From assembly GCA_950097015.1 (NCBI GenBank), contig CATNEN010000039.1, forward strand, positions 186,001 to 250,000: a DNA stretch of 64,000 nucleotides, read 5' to 3'. Both the position numbers and the translations under genes were made by a program. Origin of the DNA: Macrostomum hystrix (lineage: Eukaryota > Animalia > Platyhelminthes). This document shows positions 9,493 to 22,356 of this stretch, in pieces. Within the stretch, counting starts at the first letter, position 1. Each line of letters begins with the position of its first letter. A model generated the notes under the pieces. It was not told the DNA's origin. It made no database searches and saw only the letters and a program-made list of their open reading frames with translations.

Positions 9493-10767
9493 ACAATACA
9501 ATATAATTACAAATAAACCGAGACATTTTATCGCCATTATTCAAGGCTCCATGAATTGAAAAATTATCTTACAATTTTAACTGTACACAAAGTTCAGTGG
9601 AACCACCAAAGTAAACAAACTATTGGCAAGCCCTGACCACCTAGGCGTAGCGCACGAGTGCATCAATGATTATTCAATAATTTAAGAAGCTATTCTGAAC
9701 TTTAGGCCCATGACAGAACGGACCCTAGCAACCGTGGGACAGAAAGTTAAATTATTTTAAACTACTCGCTCGTTTCAAATATTTTGTCGCCATTGTAAGT
9801 AACAAGCCGTTACTGGTATTGTTCTATTGTTTCTACTGTTGGTGAAGTCTTAAAAGTCAAAGTCTTTGAAACTCTTGTATCCATGCCAATAATCTGGCAT
9901 CCGCGTGTGGCCTAACAAAATATGAGGACTTCCTCACTCCCACTCTGATGACGTCTAATGACGACCAAATCAGGTTTACCTCCATTCCGATTGGACAACT
10001 GGGTCCAGACTGTCTAATTGGAGGTAACTGGCTAAAACTAAACAATAAAACGACTACCATAGAGTTCAAAATGCCAACTCAGCACAATTATTACTTTTAG
10101 CTAAGGTCTTCTAAAAGCACGAAAAAATGGAACGACCGGTCCGTCGCATTGTAAAGAAGGAAATCATCCACCTCGTTCTTTACCAAGGACCAGGAAGCCG
10201 GAAGCCCGTCTACCCGAGCCCGAAGACGTACCGGCAGTACATTGTCGACGGCCTAAAGTTTGGTCCAATTTCAAGGAAGCAGGCCATTCAAATGGCGCCT
10301 GTTATGCTCGCCTTTTGGAAGTGTTCCTTTCAAGAGAGGCGACAAAACGCCTTCCAGTGAATTGACCGATTGTCAAAGACTTAACAGTAGAAGTAATCGC
10401 TTTTTACTTACAATGCTTTTTTATTCTATTCTTTTCTATTCGTATCGCTTCCATGCTTCTAATGTTTTTTGTATTTTTACTTTTATTTGAACACTGTATG
10501 TGCTACATTGTGCTAAAAGAACGGAAATAATAATGCTAATCGTTAATTGCTTTTCATAATAAAATGTCTATATGTAATAAGTCATTGTATTTTACAGGCT
10601 AATAAAATGTTTGAGTCGCAAACGAAAATAAACTATCATGTGTGTACTTGTGCAATTGTCTAATAGTTACTTTTCACCGATAGTCACCGATGCATAAAAA
10701 TTCAAATGAGAATTTGCAAGATTTGAAATCTTAAGACAAAGACAGCAGTTTGTGTGCCGTATTATGC

Positions 10768-11195
10768 CATTTGTGCAACATACTACGAAAAACTTACTAC
10801 CTATTGCAAAGCTATGTATAGAAGCTCTAGGTGAGGATGAGGGTTGCTCAAACACATGCATCATGCAACCTAAAACTCCGGACAAGGACAAGGTGGGGAT
10901 TAGGGTTAACCGGTGCTAAGACATGAAAGTGTAACTTTTGGTAAAATAATGGTGTGGCATAATAGAATTCCAAATGTGCAACATACTATGAAAAACTTAC
11001 TATCTATTGCAAAACTATATGTATAGAAGCTCTAGGTGAGGATAAGGGTTGCTCAAACATATGCCACATGCAACCTAAAACTCCCTGCTGAGGGCTGATT
11101 AGCACCATTATACAATTCAGCCTGTCAACGGACAGGGTGGGGATTAGGGTTAGCCGGTGCTAATAAATGAGAGTGTAACCTCTGGTAAAAATAAA
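10768..11195. repeat. Imperfect direct duplication (about 205-250 bp)
   Basis: The blocks tgtgcaacatacta...gaagctctaggtgagga...catgcaacctaaaactcc and ggtggggattagggtta...ggtaaaa each occur twice. Confidence 0.8.
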
Positions 11196-11856
11196 GGTGC
11201 ACGGGATAATTTATAAATGTTAACACAGTTCCCTTTAGTAGCAATTGATCTAAAATTTATCTAAACTTTATTAAAATTTATCTAAAAGGAAACCGCGAGA
11301 TTTTTTAAATCTCACTATCAAATGATCTCACATTTTGGCATAACACGCTTTAATCATTTTCGAAACGTAAAAAACTTACGGATTTTCAGATAAGAATTTA
11401 TAAAGATAAAACAAAAACTGCGCATTCGAAATAGCGCAAGTAACGAATAAAAAGACTGAAATTAGAAAAGTCTGGTATTATTTAAAACATTTCTGTCAAA
11501 ACGCTAATTAAAAACTCTAACTAGTTCTACATTATTTTTATTTTAAATTATGCCTACATGCACGTGCATTTTTATTCGTGAAATCGAAGAAGCAACCGTT
11601 TATTACTTTTCAATACTTTTTAAACAAGCACAAAGGTCTGGCTTAGGTCTGACTTGGAGTAAAAATCACATTAAAATTTTCGCTTATAAGTTTGTATCAG
11701 CAATTAATTATCTATTTGGCCCCTTTGTGCTCTTTTCATTAGGTCAAAATTTACTATACTTGATTTAGGAGATTTTTTGACCATGCTTATTTTGTTCCAA
11801 TTTAATCTGTGAGTTAAATGTGAGTTAAAGGTCCAGCTGGGTTAGGGTTGTAGCTT

Positions 11857-12615
11857 TAGCTTTGCTTTCCACTGCACAAATTGCTAAGCTACAGCTTTTT
11901 ATGCAGCTTAATATTTTTTAGTACAAAGTAATAAGCTTTTATCCAAATATACATTTTTATTAAAGTGCAAAATAGCTGTAGCTTGGCACTTTGAACTTTT
12001 TCAATGTAGCTACTGTCTTCTTCTTATGTGACAATAATTTATAAATTATAAATATAATTACTGAAAAGTAAGCTTTGCTTTTCACTGCACAAATTGCAAA
12101 GCTACAGCTTTTTTGCAGCTTAATATTTTTTAGTACAAAGTAATAAGCTTTTTATCCAAATATACATTTTTATTAAAGTGCAAAATAGCTGTAGCTTGGC
12201 ACTTTAAACTTTTTCAATGTAGCTACTGTCTTCTTGTGTGACAATAATTTATAAATTATAAATATAATTACTGAAAAAGTTACTGAAAAGCTACAGCTTT
12301 TCGCAGCTTAATATTTTTTTGTAAAAATGATATAATTTTTTTAAATATCCATTTTTAAGAATGTGTAAAAAAAGCTGTAGCTTGGCACTTTGGACTTTTT
12401 CAATGTAGCTACTGTCTTCTTATGTGACAATAATTTATAAATTATAAATATAATTACTGAAAAAGTTACTGAAAAGCTACAGCTTTTTGCAGCTTAATAT
12501 TTTTTTGTAAAAAATGATAATTTTTTTTAATATACATTTTTAATAATGTGTAAAAAAGCTGTAGCTTGGCACTTTGCACTTTTGCAATGTAGCTACTGTG
12601 GCAATAATTTATAAA
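11857..12615. repeat. AT-rich tandem repeat, about 4 units of 185-215 bp
   Basis: Recurring gctacagctttt...gcagcttaatatttttt...agctgtagcttggcacttt...aatgtagctactgt. Confidence 0.85.
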
Positions 12616-12889
12616 TGATTAATTTTTTATTGTTTATTGTTTAAAACAAACTATTATTTTTTGTTTGAGGTATAACTATGTAGAATAAATAATTTTAATT
12701 TATATGATTATAAATAAAAATAATAATTCTGAAAATGAAAAATAAATATATAAACTGCTTAAAAGTTTGGAGCTTCTTCTAGATTCTTTTAATAAATATT
12801 TTAGCCTGGTGATTAGATTCATTAGGTATAAATTGGATATACAAAGAATGAGTATTTAGATAACTATAATTTCAATTTTTTTTCAGATT

Positions 12890-15673
12890 ATGGCTGAATT
12901 CCTTAACTGCCCCATTTGTTTTTTAACAAAAAATATGCATGTTGCTAGGTCCGACAACATGCGAAAACATATTATCAATGTCCATAAATTAAACACCGAA
13001 TCTACGAAGTTGGCCATAAAATTTTCAAAACTAAAAAAATATAAAGCAACCGAGCTTTTCATGTGCCCCACATGTGTCCATTTAGGCACTAAAGACTCGC
13101 TGCGAATGCATATAAAGGCGAAACATAATGAAGGAATGCCAAAGAATACAATGGACGAGGCCCAAAACAACGCACAGAGGTATCTCTCAATGTGCACTGA
13201 TTTTTTTCGCAGTGGATGCATGGGCCAGGTGCCTGGGCATCCCAGGAACAGGGCAAGTATTGCTAAATATACTTTGCTAAATATTACCGTGTTTACAAGA
13301 AGTGCATATATTTTAACAGTGATGTATATAAAGTACCAATTTTATTTTACGAACTACGTACAAGAAGCGTGGAGGCAACTAAGATTAAGGAGTAGTCTTT
13401 GTAACAAAAATTCAAACAACTTCCCCCGTATCCAGGCTGCGAAACGTCCACTCATCAACTCGTCAAGTGACCAACCCAACAAACGGACAAAGGTAAGTAT
13501 TTCGGTTCTGCAAACCACTTTTCTAATAATTTTTATACTTTATATAATTTTCTGAAAGCCTGTAGTCACACTTTTTAGAATCAAAATAAATGAATATTGT
13601 AATTGGTTTTCTGTAAGCATTAAGTAACTTTTTCTAGACTATAAAAGTGGTTAGGGTTTTCTAGACTATAAAAGTGTCATCCAAAATCTAAATTTTTCCT
13701 CAATCTTGCTGAAATGCTTTCCCAGTGGCAAACCAATGATGATGTGCCCTGCGAAGGGCCTGTGGTGCCTCTGGTGCCTCAGGTCTCCGGTGACTCGGCC
13801 TCACCTCAGCTGCCATCACATTCCGCCTCGGCCGGTGCCACGACGGTGCCAAGGAATTGTCCAACCGGCCGTGGACATTCACATGAAGCGGTGAGTGTGT
13901 CACAATATTCACGTCATTCCTAAAGAATTTAGCAGGCAGTAAATTCAATGTATTTTTGTGTCAGAAAGTCAAACATTATTTCGCGTAGTAAGTTTTTCAG
14001 GAAGGGCACAATTCTTTTAGTAATCACGTCCAGATCAATACTTGTAACCGGAAGTTTTTAATAAAAAGTATTCAGAACGCGGTCATTAAGATTTTCGAAG
14101 GCAAGAACTTGATTTCAATTTATACTTTATATAATTTTCTGAAAGCCTGTAGTAACACTTTTTAGAATCAAAATAAATGAATATTGTAATTGGTTTTCTG
14201 TAAGCATTAAGTAACTTTTTCTAGACTATAAAAGTGGTTAGGGTTTTCTAGACTATAAAAGTGTCATCCAAAATCTAAATTTTTCCTCAATCTTGCTGAA
14301 ATGCTTTCCCAGTGGCAAACCAATGATGATGTGCCCTGCGAAGGGCCTGTGGTGCCTCTGGTGCCTCAGGTCTCCGGTGACTCGGCCTCACCTCAGCTGC
14401 CATCACATTCCGCCTCGGCCGGTGCCACGACGGTGCCAAGGAATTGTCCAACCGGCCGTGGACATTCACATGAAGCGGTGAGTGTGTCACAATATTCACG
14501 TCATTCCTAAAGAATTTAGCAGGCAGTAAATTCAATGTATTTTTGTGTCAGAAAGTCAAACATTATTTCGCGTAGTAAGTTTTTCAGGAAGGGCACAATT
14601 CTTTTAGTAATCACGTCCAGATCAATACTTGTAACCGGAAGTTTTTAATAAAAAGTATTCAGAACGCGGTCATTAAGATTTTCGAAGGCAAGAACTTGAT
14701 TTCAATTTATACTTTATATAATTTTCTGAAAGCCTGTAGTAACACTTTTTAGAATCAAAATAAATGAATATTGTAATTGGTTTTCTGTAAGCATTAAGTA
14801 ACTTTTTCTAGACTATAAAAGTGGTTAGGGTTTTCTAGACTATAAAAGTGTCATCCAAAATCTAAATTTTTCCTCAATCTTGCTGAAATGCTTTCCCAGT
14901 GGCAAACCAATGATGATGTGCCCTGCGAAGGGCCTGTGGTGCCTCTGGTGCCTCAGGTCTCCGGTGACTCGGCCTCACCTCAGCTGCCATCACATTCCGC
15001 CTCGGCCGGTGCCACGACGGTGCCAAGGAATTGTCCAACCGTCCGTGGACATTCACATGAAGCGGTGAGTGTGTCACAATATTCACGTCATTCCTAAAGA
15101 ATTTAGCAGACAGTAAATTCAATGTATTTTTGTGTCAGAAAGTCAAACATTATTTCGCGTAGTAAGTTTTTCAGGAAGGGCACAATTCTTTTAGTAATCA
15201 CGTCCAGATCAATACTTGTAACCGGAAGTTTTTAATAAAAAGTATTCAGAACGCGATCATTAAGATTTTCAAGGGCAAGAACTTGTAACTTGATCTTGAT
15301 CTTAAAATTGGTTTCTTATATTGGTTTCTTTTCCGTATTGGTTCGTGCATTTAATGTTCAATTTTGTTTCATTTAGGATTTGAAGACGTTTGCGTGTAGA
15401 ACGCACTTTAATTTACTGAATTCTGCGCAAAGTGATCTGGCGCGCAGGATTCAGTACGCTTCAAGCGAATTCGCAAATTGGACAGAAGACGAGAAGGGCC
15501 AGTTTTTACGGGCGTTCAAAAAATTCGGCAAAGAGTTTTCGAAGATCGCCGCCGCCATCCATAGCAAGACTATTGCACAATGTGTGGCATTTTATTATAG
15601 CTCAAAGTATGAGCCTAAATTTAAGAATATGTACGCCGCCAAGAAGCGAGCAGCCAGGCGGAAGCGTCGATGA
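12890..15673 (+). CDS. C2H2 zinc-finger plus SANT/Myb-domain protein (spliced)
   Basis: Predicted exons 12890-13252, 13436-13492, 13726-13890, 14313-14477, 14900-15064, 15377-15673, all phase 0. Fingers CPIC..HIINVH and CPTC..HIKAKH. SANT WTEDEKGQFLRAFKKFGKEFSKIA..KTIAQCVAFYY. Confidence 0.7.
13533..15285. repeat. 587-bp tandem triplication carrying a 165-nt exon
   Basis: Near-identical ORFs recur at offsets of 587 (13706/14293/14880). The third copy has a few substitutions. Confidence 0.97.
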
Positions 15674-15829
15674 ATTACATAATAATTATAATATTATTTC
15701 TTTAAGACAATTTATTTTTGCAAATAATTCAGGTTGCATTTACTTTTAATTTACTTTACTTTTTCTTTGAATATCATATAATATAATATAATAATATATA
15801 ATATTAGTTTTTGTTAGTAGTGTGAAGTT

Positions 15830-16100
15830 ACCCCTTTCAGGCCATGATAAAATGAAGATAGATTAACCTGTCCCACATGTCCCTGACCCGAAGAAGCGAC
15901 GCATCTCAAGGCTGTGTATGGCTCAGTTTATAGACTGGAGTGACGCCACAGACACTCTCAAGCTGATCTGGTACTCATTTTACAACTGGTCAAACATTCT
16001 AATTGTAACTAGCTACAAAGGCATTTCCGACATAGCTTGTATCAAGTTAAGTCGGAAATCGAACCCCCGACCTTCAATTCGGCACCCTAACCACTAGAAC
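15830..16100 (-). mobile_element. tRNA-derived SINE (degraded)
   Basis: Minus-strand A-box-like TCTAGTGGTTAGGG and B-box GGTTCGATTTCC. An AT-rich simple repeat lies near its 3' side. Boundaries are approximate. Confidence 0.5.
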
Positions 16101-17106
16101 GCTACAAGCCTTACCCTAAATGACCCTAAAAAGTAAAAGGGAAAACGTAATCGTTTTTTAGCTTTTTTTATCTTATTTGAAAAACTTTTCTTTTTATTAT
16201 ATTCTTTATGATTTTATCTGATTTGTGACTTTGAGAAATATAAAAAGACAGGGAAATTTATATCATATCTTTGCTTTATTGCAAGAGTCCGCTCAGTCAT
16301 TTTGATGCGCTTATCACTCTACTGAGCGACGATATTTACCCACTGGGGCGCGCGATCTCGTTTCGATCTCGTTTTCCGATCTCGAAACGAGGTCGTGCGA
16401 GTTTCCGGTAAAACTACATCGTTTTCAACCTCGAATGTACATCGAAAACGATGTCAAAATCGATGTCGATTCGAGATGATAGGTAATGGAAGCAGGGTTC
16501 GCTCGATATAGATATTTCGTACTTTGTGATTACGACGTAATCAGCTATAATTGTTTAGTAGTAAACTAGTCTCACGTAGTATTCTACATGTGCATTGTAC
16601 TTATACTTTGCGATTCGATAGCGTTTTGTCATTGTGCCTAATCGTAAGGGCGTTACTTCGGAAGGTTTTAAATGGCAAGCGAATAGGCAAATAAAGAACG
16701 AGGACTTGAACACAGTATGCAAAATCATATGACTCAAAAGGTGAGTAATAGAAAAGCAAACTTAAAAACAGCGCGAAATAACAAAAAACATTTTATTAAA
16801 TATATTAGATAGTAGTCTTATAGAATGGTTTATAGCAACAGCCCCAGTGACTAAAAATGCGTATAAAGAACTTTGCATGTTCAGCTCGATATTTCGGAGC
16901 ACAGGCCAACAAAAGAAGTTGTAAAAAAGAAAAATTAACGGGATGCTTATATGTGATGCCGTAGAAAGTGACTGAGACACACTAATGTGATAAGGATAAA
17001 AACTTTAACTTAATGTTCAACGTTTATATTATTCGTAGATTCGTGGATATCTGCAAAGCCCTACCAAAAACTACAACTATGCAGCACATGTCAGTGTTGT
17101 AATCTG

Positions 17107-18660
17107 TCACTCCTCGATAAGGCCAGTCACGCGCGCGCGTTTGCGAAGAGGCGGGGGTGACTCGTCGCTGTCGCTCTGCAGCACCCAGGCTGCCTGCCGA
17201 GGCGCGCGCACAGTGGCTGCAGCTTTTTCTTCAGATGTCAGGCGCTGGCGGACATCTTGCAGGTAGCGCGCAATGCGAGTTCCAACCGACCAATCAGAAA
17301 CACCGGAATTCGCCATTGCGTCTAGAAATGACCAGAAGAGTAAATGGCAACACGCAAGTAGAAGACTAATACAAAAGGAATACATAACCCAAGGCAAGCA
17401 TGCAGAAATCAATCAACGAAAAAAATATGTACATATGAATATCCATATGCAGGAACTATGGAGAATACGAAGTGCCTACCTTTAATAAGAGGCTTAATAA
17501 TTTCTACAAAGCTGATCTTCAACTTTGGTCTCCCGGATTGTGTGTAGTCTTTGCCTGTCTGGTTGAACTGCGTTTGAAACTGGGTAGTCAGCAAAAAGTC
17601 GATCATTCTGCAGATAGTCTTGTCGGTCGTTCGGCCACCGGTGCGTCTGAGTAGCTCAATCTAAGCAGGAATTAAGGCATGCAATTGATCCATGTACACG
17701 GTCACGGAGATTTAGCTATAGTATTTTACTATACATAAACTATTCACTTCACCAAGAGCTGATTGAACTCACAACTTTCTGTCTTTCTGGTTCATTGCTA
17801 ATGAGATTCTTGAACTCCTCGTACTCTGCTCGATTGCGAAGTGGGAGACCGAATCGCTCACTGCCGTCCAGGTTTGCAGTTGGCAACCCAGACGACCGAA
17901 GTTCCTCCCGTAGCCCTGAGACTGTCTGCTTCAGTTGGGAAATTTCGGACATGCACAAAAGCAGTAAGTGCGTGTGCCCGCGTGCTGAAATCGGATCAAT
18001 ACCCTGCCTTCGGAGAGCAGCTAGATAGGGCTCAATATTGACAGCGAATCTGGTCGATCTGCTGGAGGTTGCATCAATTGAGTCTCCAGGTTGAGTCTCC
18101 CTCAGACTTGGATAGTCTTTCTCCCCGACTGTGTCACGTGTCATTCGCAGTGACGAAGTGTCAGAGGCAGTGGTAGACAATATAGACTGAGCCATTCGCC
18201 ATGCAGGTAGGAGCGGATCAGCATTTGACACTGGGGGAGGATGCAATGTAGCCTCGTCAGACATAGCTTGCTTTGACCCCTGCCGAGGTTCCGCTTCGCT
18301 CTCGGTCTCCGTCTGAATACTATTCAGCGGAGGAACAACATCACGACCAGATTTGTACCGCTTAAAGTAGGTCAATATTTGAGCCAGGTGTAGTTTCTTC
18401 TTGAAGCGCAGATCCATTGCCTTCTTTATTGAATCCTGTAAATCAGAAACGCCTGCAGCAACTTGGATTACCAGGCCCTCCAGCGAGCCAGATTCCAAAT
18501 CAGCCGTCAGAACTATCTCACTGGTGCCAGATTCATGCCAATTCGATGGTGTCCAGTTACAATATGGCTCGGCTAGGTAGATGAAGTCATGTGAAACGAT
18601 TTGAAAGTGATTTTCTGACCGGAAGTAGAGCAGAAAAGCTTTCGAAGTATGCGACGCCAT
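17107..18660 (-). CDS. DUF4806-like transposon accessory protein (3 exons)
   Basis: Exons 18660-17773, 17660-17480, 17321-17107 with GT-AG sites and compatible phases. LPLRNRAEYEEF..IELLRRTGG..FNQTGK..IARYLQDVRQR resembles DUF4806. Lies beside a transposase on the same strand. Confidence 0.65.
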
Positions 18661-19078
18661 CTGTCTGAAATATGGTCCAGTGTAGTGCTCGTAGATGCAT
18701 CATAAACTGTAATTTATTAAGCAGCTTAGCATAGATGCCTTGTACAAGCTTAACATATCTCTTATATATGATGGCTCACTAAAAGTAAAGCTTACTGTAT
18801 AATATAGCAAAAAAGCGAAAATATGGTGAATATAGGGTTTCCCGATCGAATTTGCAAGCTGTGTTCAATAATCTAAATATCTCTCACCCAATAAATAGGA
18901 CTGTGAAAGAACTGTGTACAATAAGAATCAGAAAGTTACTTTTTTAGATTGAAGTGGATATAAAATTGAATAAAGTGGAATCCGTACAGTGGCAATAAAA
19001 GACAATTGCAGGGTGCTGACAAACCGCAATTTAACACTTGATACACATTTACTTTTTTCAAACTTGAGTTCTACCTGC

Positions 19079-19092
19079 TAGGGTTAGGGTTA
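19079..19092 (+). repeat. Short telomeric tract at the transposase truncation point
   Basis: TAGGGTTAGGGTTA. Confidence 0.7.
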
Positions 19093-19708
19093 TGCGCGTG
19101 GTACATGTCTGGTTTCTTTGGATGAAACAGCTGCTTCAAAATCCAGTGAACGAGTCCAAGGATAGCACTGATGAAGCAGACACGGTGGACACCCATGCAT
19201 GTAGTCGAAACCGTTTAACTGGTCCAACACTGACACGCACATAACGCCCAGATAGTTGTCCTTGCCGAGCGGGATGTTGTGCGCCAGTAGTCGCGTGTCT
19301 CGCAAGCTACGCGCGTGCGGTGTAATACAACCGACTGCGTTTGCCAGCGCAACCGCCTCTTCTTTACCACTGACTGGGTACCGATTGGCACCCAACGATC
19401 TCTGCGTCTTCACATAGCAGTTGTCGCAGCCGAACTCTGCATTGTGACGCTTTAGACCGACAACCTCAGCTCTCTGTGGGGCATCCAAGACGAAGAGGTA
19501 CGGGTGCAGTCGAAGAAGACCAGGCGCGTCGCCTTCAGGGCCACCACCTGTGCTGTAGGTGATCCCGATAGACCGGAGCTCATTCAGCTCTCTAACAAGG
19601 CCGGGAAGAAAGGTGGATGTCTTCACCTTCGACTTTGCAGCCCAGAAACCACATACGACGATGAAACGCGACTTCATTGCTTCGTGTACTTCGTTGATAC
19701 TCAAGTAC

Positions 19709-20114
19709 TTGACTTACTTGACTTAGCTGCAGGGGGCATCTTCCGGATGCAGCGAGGAGGCGTTGCCGCCCATTCCGCTAGCCCCTGGCGACCACGGGCA
19801 ACTAGAGCTGCGGTGTCGCGCAGGGGGATCCGGTGGTGCCGGCGTCCGCAGCGCGGTCCTCCTCCGGAGTGTCCAGGAGGTGGAGGGTTGCTCGCCCGGT
19901 GGCCCTCAGGTATCGGACGAGCTGGCAGATGTTCTCAGGCCTGAAAACGTCGGGGAGATCCGGGTTTGGGCCGAGATAGGTGAGCCGGTCCTGAGTGAAG
20001 GCGGGGCAGTCGCAAATAAAATGCTCTGCATCCTCAACATAGGAGAGGCAGAAGGGGCATTCCTCACTGCGGATTTTGCCTTGCAGGAAGCGGGTTAGGT
20101 TAGGGTTAGGGTTA
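19709..20114 (-). mobile_element. 5'-truncated LINE (I/LOA-like CCHC end) with 13-bp TSD
   Basis: TSD GATACTCAAGTAC at 19696-19708 and 20115-20127. The minus frame reads [20 protein letters not shown]...YLRATGR. 3' tail TAAGTCAAGTAAGTCAA. Confidence 0.88.
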
Positions 20115-20115
20115 G
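20092..20115 (+). repeat. Interstitial telomeric tract
   Basis: GGGTTAGGTTAGGGTTAGGGTTAG. Confidence 0.9.
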
Positions 20116-22356
20116 ATACTCAAGTACACTGGGCACATTTCCATCAGCGCGTCTGCAAATACTGGAAAGCCGTCGATTTTCACAGTATACGACAGATCTT
20201 GCTTCAAGTGTAGCCGAATTGAACGCTTGAAATGCCGATACTCGTCGCAACTGGATACTGAGACAAAATTACGATCTTCAGATGACAAATCGACAGGGAA
20301 AGTTACGCTCTGTAGAAGCCGGCACTGTTCAATTAACTGTCTGATTTGCAATTTAAAGTCGGTGGTATAAAACTTGGATACGCCGGCCGGCGACAGTTCC
20401 TTGTTACAATAAGTGCAATTTTCACGGTTCTGAGCCTGCGCTGATGTGACGTCAGCACTACAGGAGGAACAGAACAATCGGGGTGGCGATGTAAAGTCGT
20501 TCGCAAATGCCTGGACTGTTTTCCGTAGTAAATATACACTACCAGGCAGGTTGCTACCGACTGGCACAGCTGCATGGAAGAGGCGAAGCAGGTCAGCTAA
20601 GCAGGTCAGGTTGCACAGAACAGAATAAGGTTCATCTCCGCAAGTCACTGCTTCGCAAACCTCCAACTAAGCCCCGAAATAATCGTGACTTGGAGGGAGG
20701 AACGAGCCAGCGACCATTTAAAAGTGAGGCAGTGACATTAGCCGCTGACCCACTCACCCCGCGCGCCCCCGTATGCCAAGCGAGGAATCCGTACAAACAA
20801 TCACACTCGCAGATTGACGCCGTGACTGCGTACCTGCGTAACGATTTTGCGCATGCGGGCTCGCTTTTTGCTGGTGCTTTTGAGAAATTTACTAGTTTTT
20901 ACTAGGTCACTAGTTTTTAGTGACCTCGGACTGTTCAATTGTCCCTTTGAGGTTTAAGTCTTGTCTGAATTTTCGTTTTTACTTGGTGTACTTTTTTCTC
21001 AGTTTTCTTTACTTTTTTTTCTTCGCTTCGTGCTCTTTGTGCGTACCTGTCTGTCATTTTTGTAGTTAGGTGTAACTTCGCTGGTACGAGCGTATTTTAT
21101 TCTCACCAAGCTTCTCGTCCTTAGGTGTTCCTTGCCCCCTTCACTAACATTGTTAAAGTTAGCGTTAGGTCAAAGGCTTATAACAAATGAGGGGAGGACT
21201 TAAGTCACTTACTGAATAGGTTCAGCAGCGATTGCGATCAGTGAATAAATAAAGAATTGCATGTAACAGGTCATGTGATTTGCATGACTTCAAAAAAGTT
21301 ATTATATAATCATAGCACACCATGCTTGTGAAAGAGTTATTTCTATACATAGTCCCACGCATCATATGCATGAGGTGTGAGCCTGGAGGATTGTACGCAG
21401 AGGAGAAGGGAAGAAGCCCGTAGGCCTTTGCTCTGCTGTGTCCTTGGTGCTGACCAATTAAATCGCGAGGAGAACAAGTCAGGGAATATAGCAAATAGCC
21501 ACTGCACATTGACGCTCGAGTTCAGGAAGGAAAACTGAACCATGCGAACTTAGTGTACATTTAGTTCCCTCCACATCCAGCAGATTGCCTTACCGTGCTT
21601 CTTTCCATTAGCGCGTCGACCGATTCGACCCTCTCTTTTAGCAGAGGCAGACAAATAGCTACTTGGCTCCTCTCGTAGAAATTCATATTATTCTACTACT
21701 CGGCGCTTATGCTTTATCGAGGACAACTCAAGAAAAACGACAGAAAATTCAAGCGAGCCCGAGTGAGACAAGGTAAGAAAGAATGAGAGTTATCTCTCTG
21801 TTCTGCTTGCCCATTTAAAAATATTCTTTAGAAACACCAAACTTTATTCAAGTTGCCAGGTGATATAGAAAATTTAATAAAAGCGAAACAGGAAATCAGG
21901 TTGCTAACAGTAGATTATATTCTTCTAGATGGCGCGTACGGCTCGTGCTAGCAATTTTCTCAGTTATCGCCTCTGCTTTACTCCCCCGAAGTAAATTTAG
22001 AGATGTGACCTAAGCCTCAGCTGCTTGTAACCTTACTAAACCAGTGGGTAGCGTAGGTAGGTACCGCCCAATCAGATGAACACGGAATGCATTTCAAGCA
22101 AGATAAAATGCTTTCTTTTTTGTGGATTCTTAATGTGCTTATGGCTTATGTGCATTCTTAAAAGAGAAGTTTCCCCCTTCAACAGGCTCATTTTCTCATA
22201 AGGTTCCCCTCAAAACAGTCATGTAATTTTCAAACCTTTCGGATCTTAGCCAAGGCTAACAACTCAGCTCATTAGTGTAGCCCAATAATACTAGCTAACG
22301 ACTTCACAGACCTCAACAGCAGGGCAGGCGAAATAGTAGATGCGCTGGAGGCGCCA

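Larger units (their letters stand above)
19093..20666 (-). pseudogene. CACTA/EnSpm (CMC)-like DDE transposase, interrupted and truncated
   Basis: N-terminal CxxC..CxxC, then IDGFPVF..CPVYLSI|NEV..VVCGFW..LVRELNEL..LDAPQRA..HNAEFGCDNC..DYMH. The two ORFs join in frame when 19709-20127 is removed. Confidence 0.85.

Noticed and set aside
10898-13660. Single TTAGGGTT matches at about 10901, 11144, 11842 and 13651
   Set aside because: Too short to distinguish from chance, and not at demonstrable junctions.
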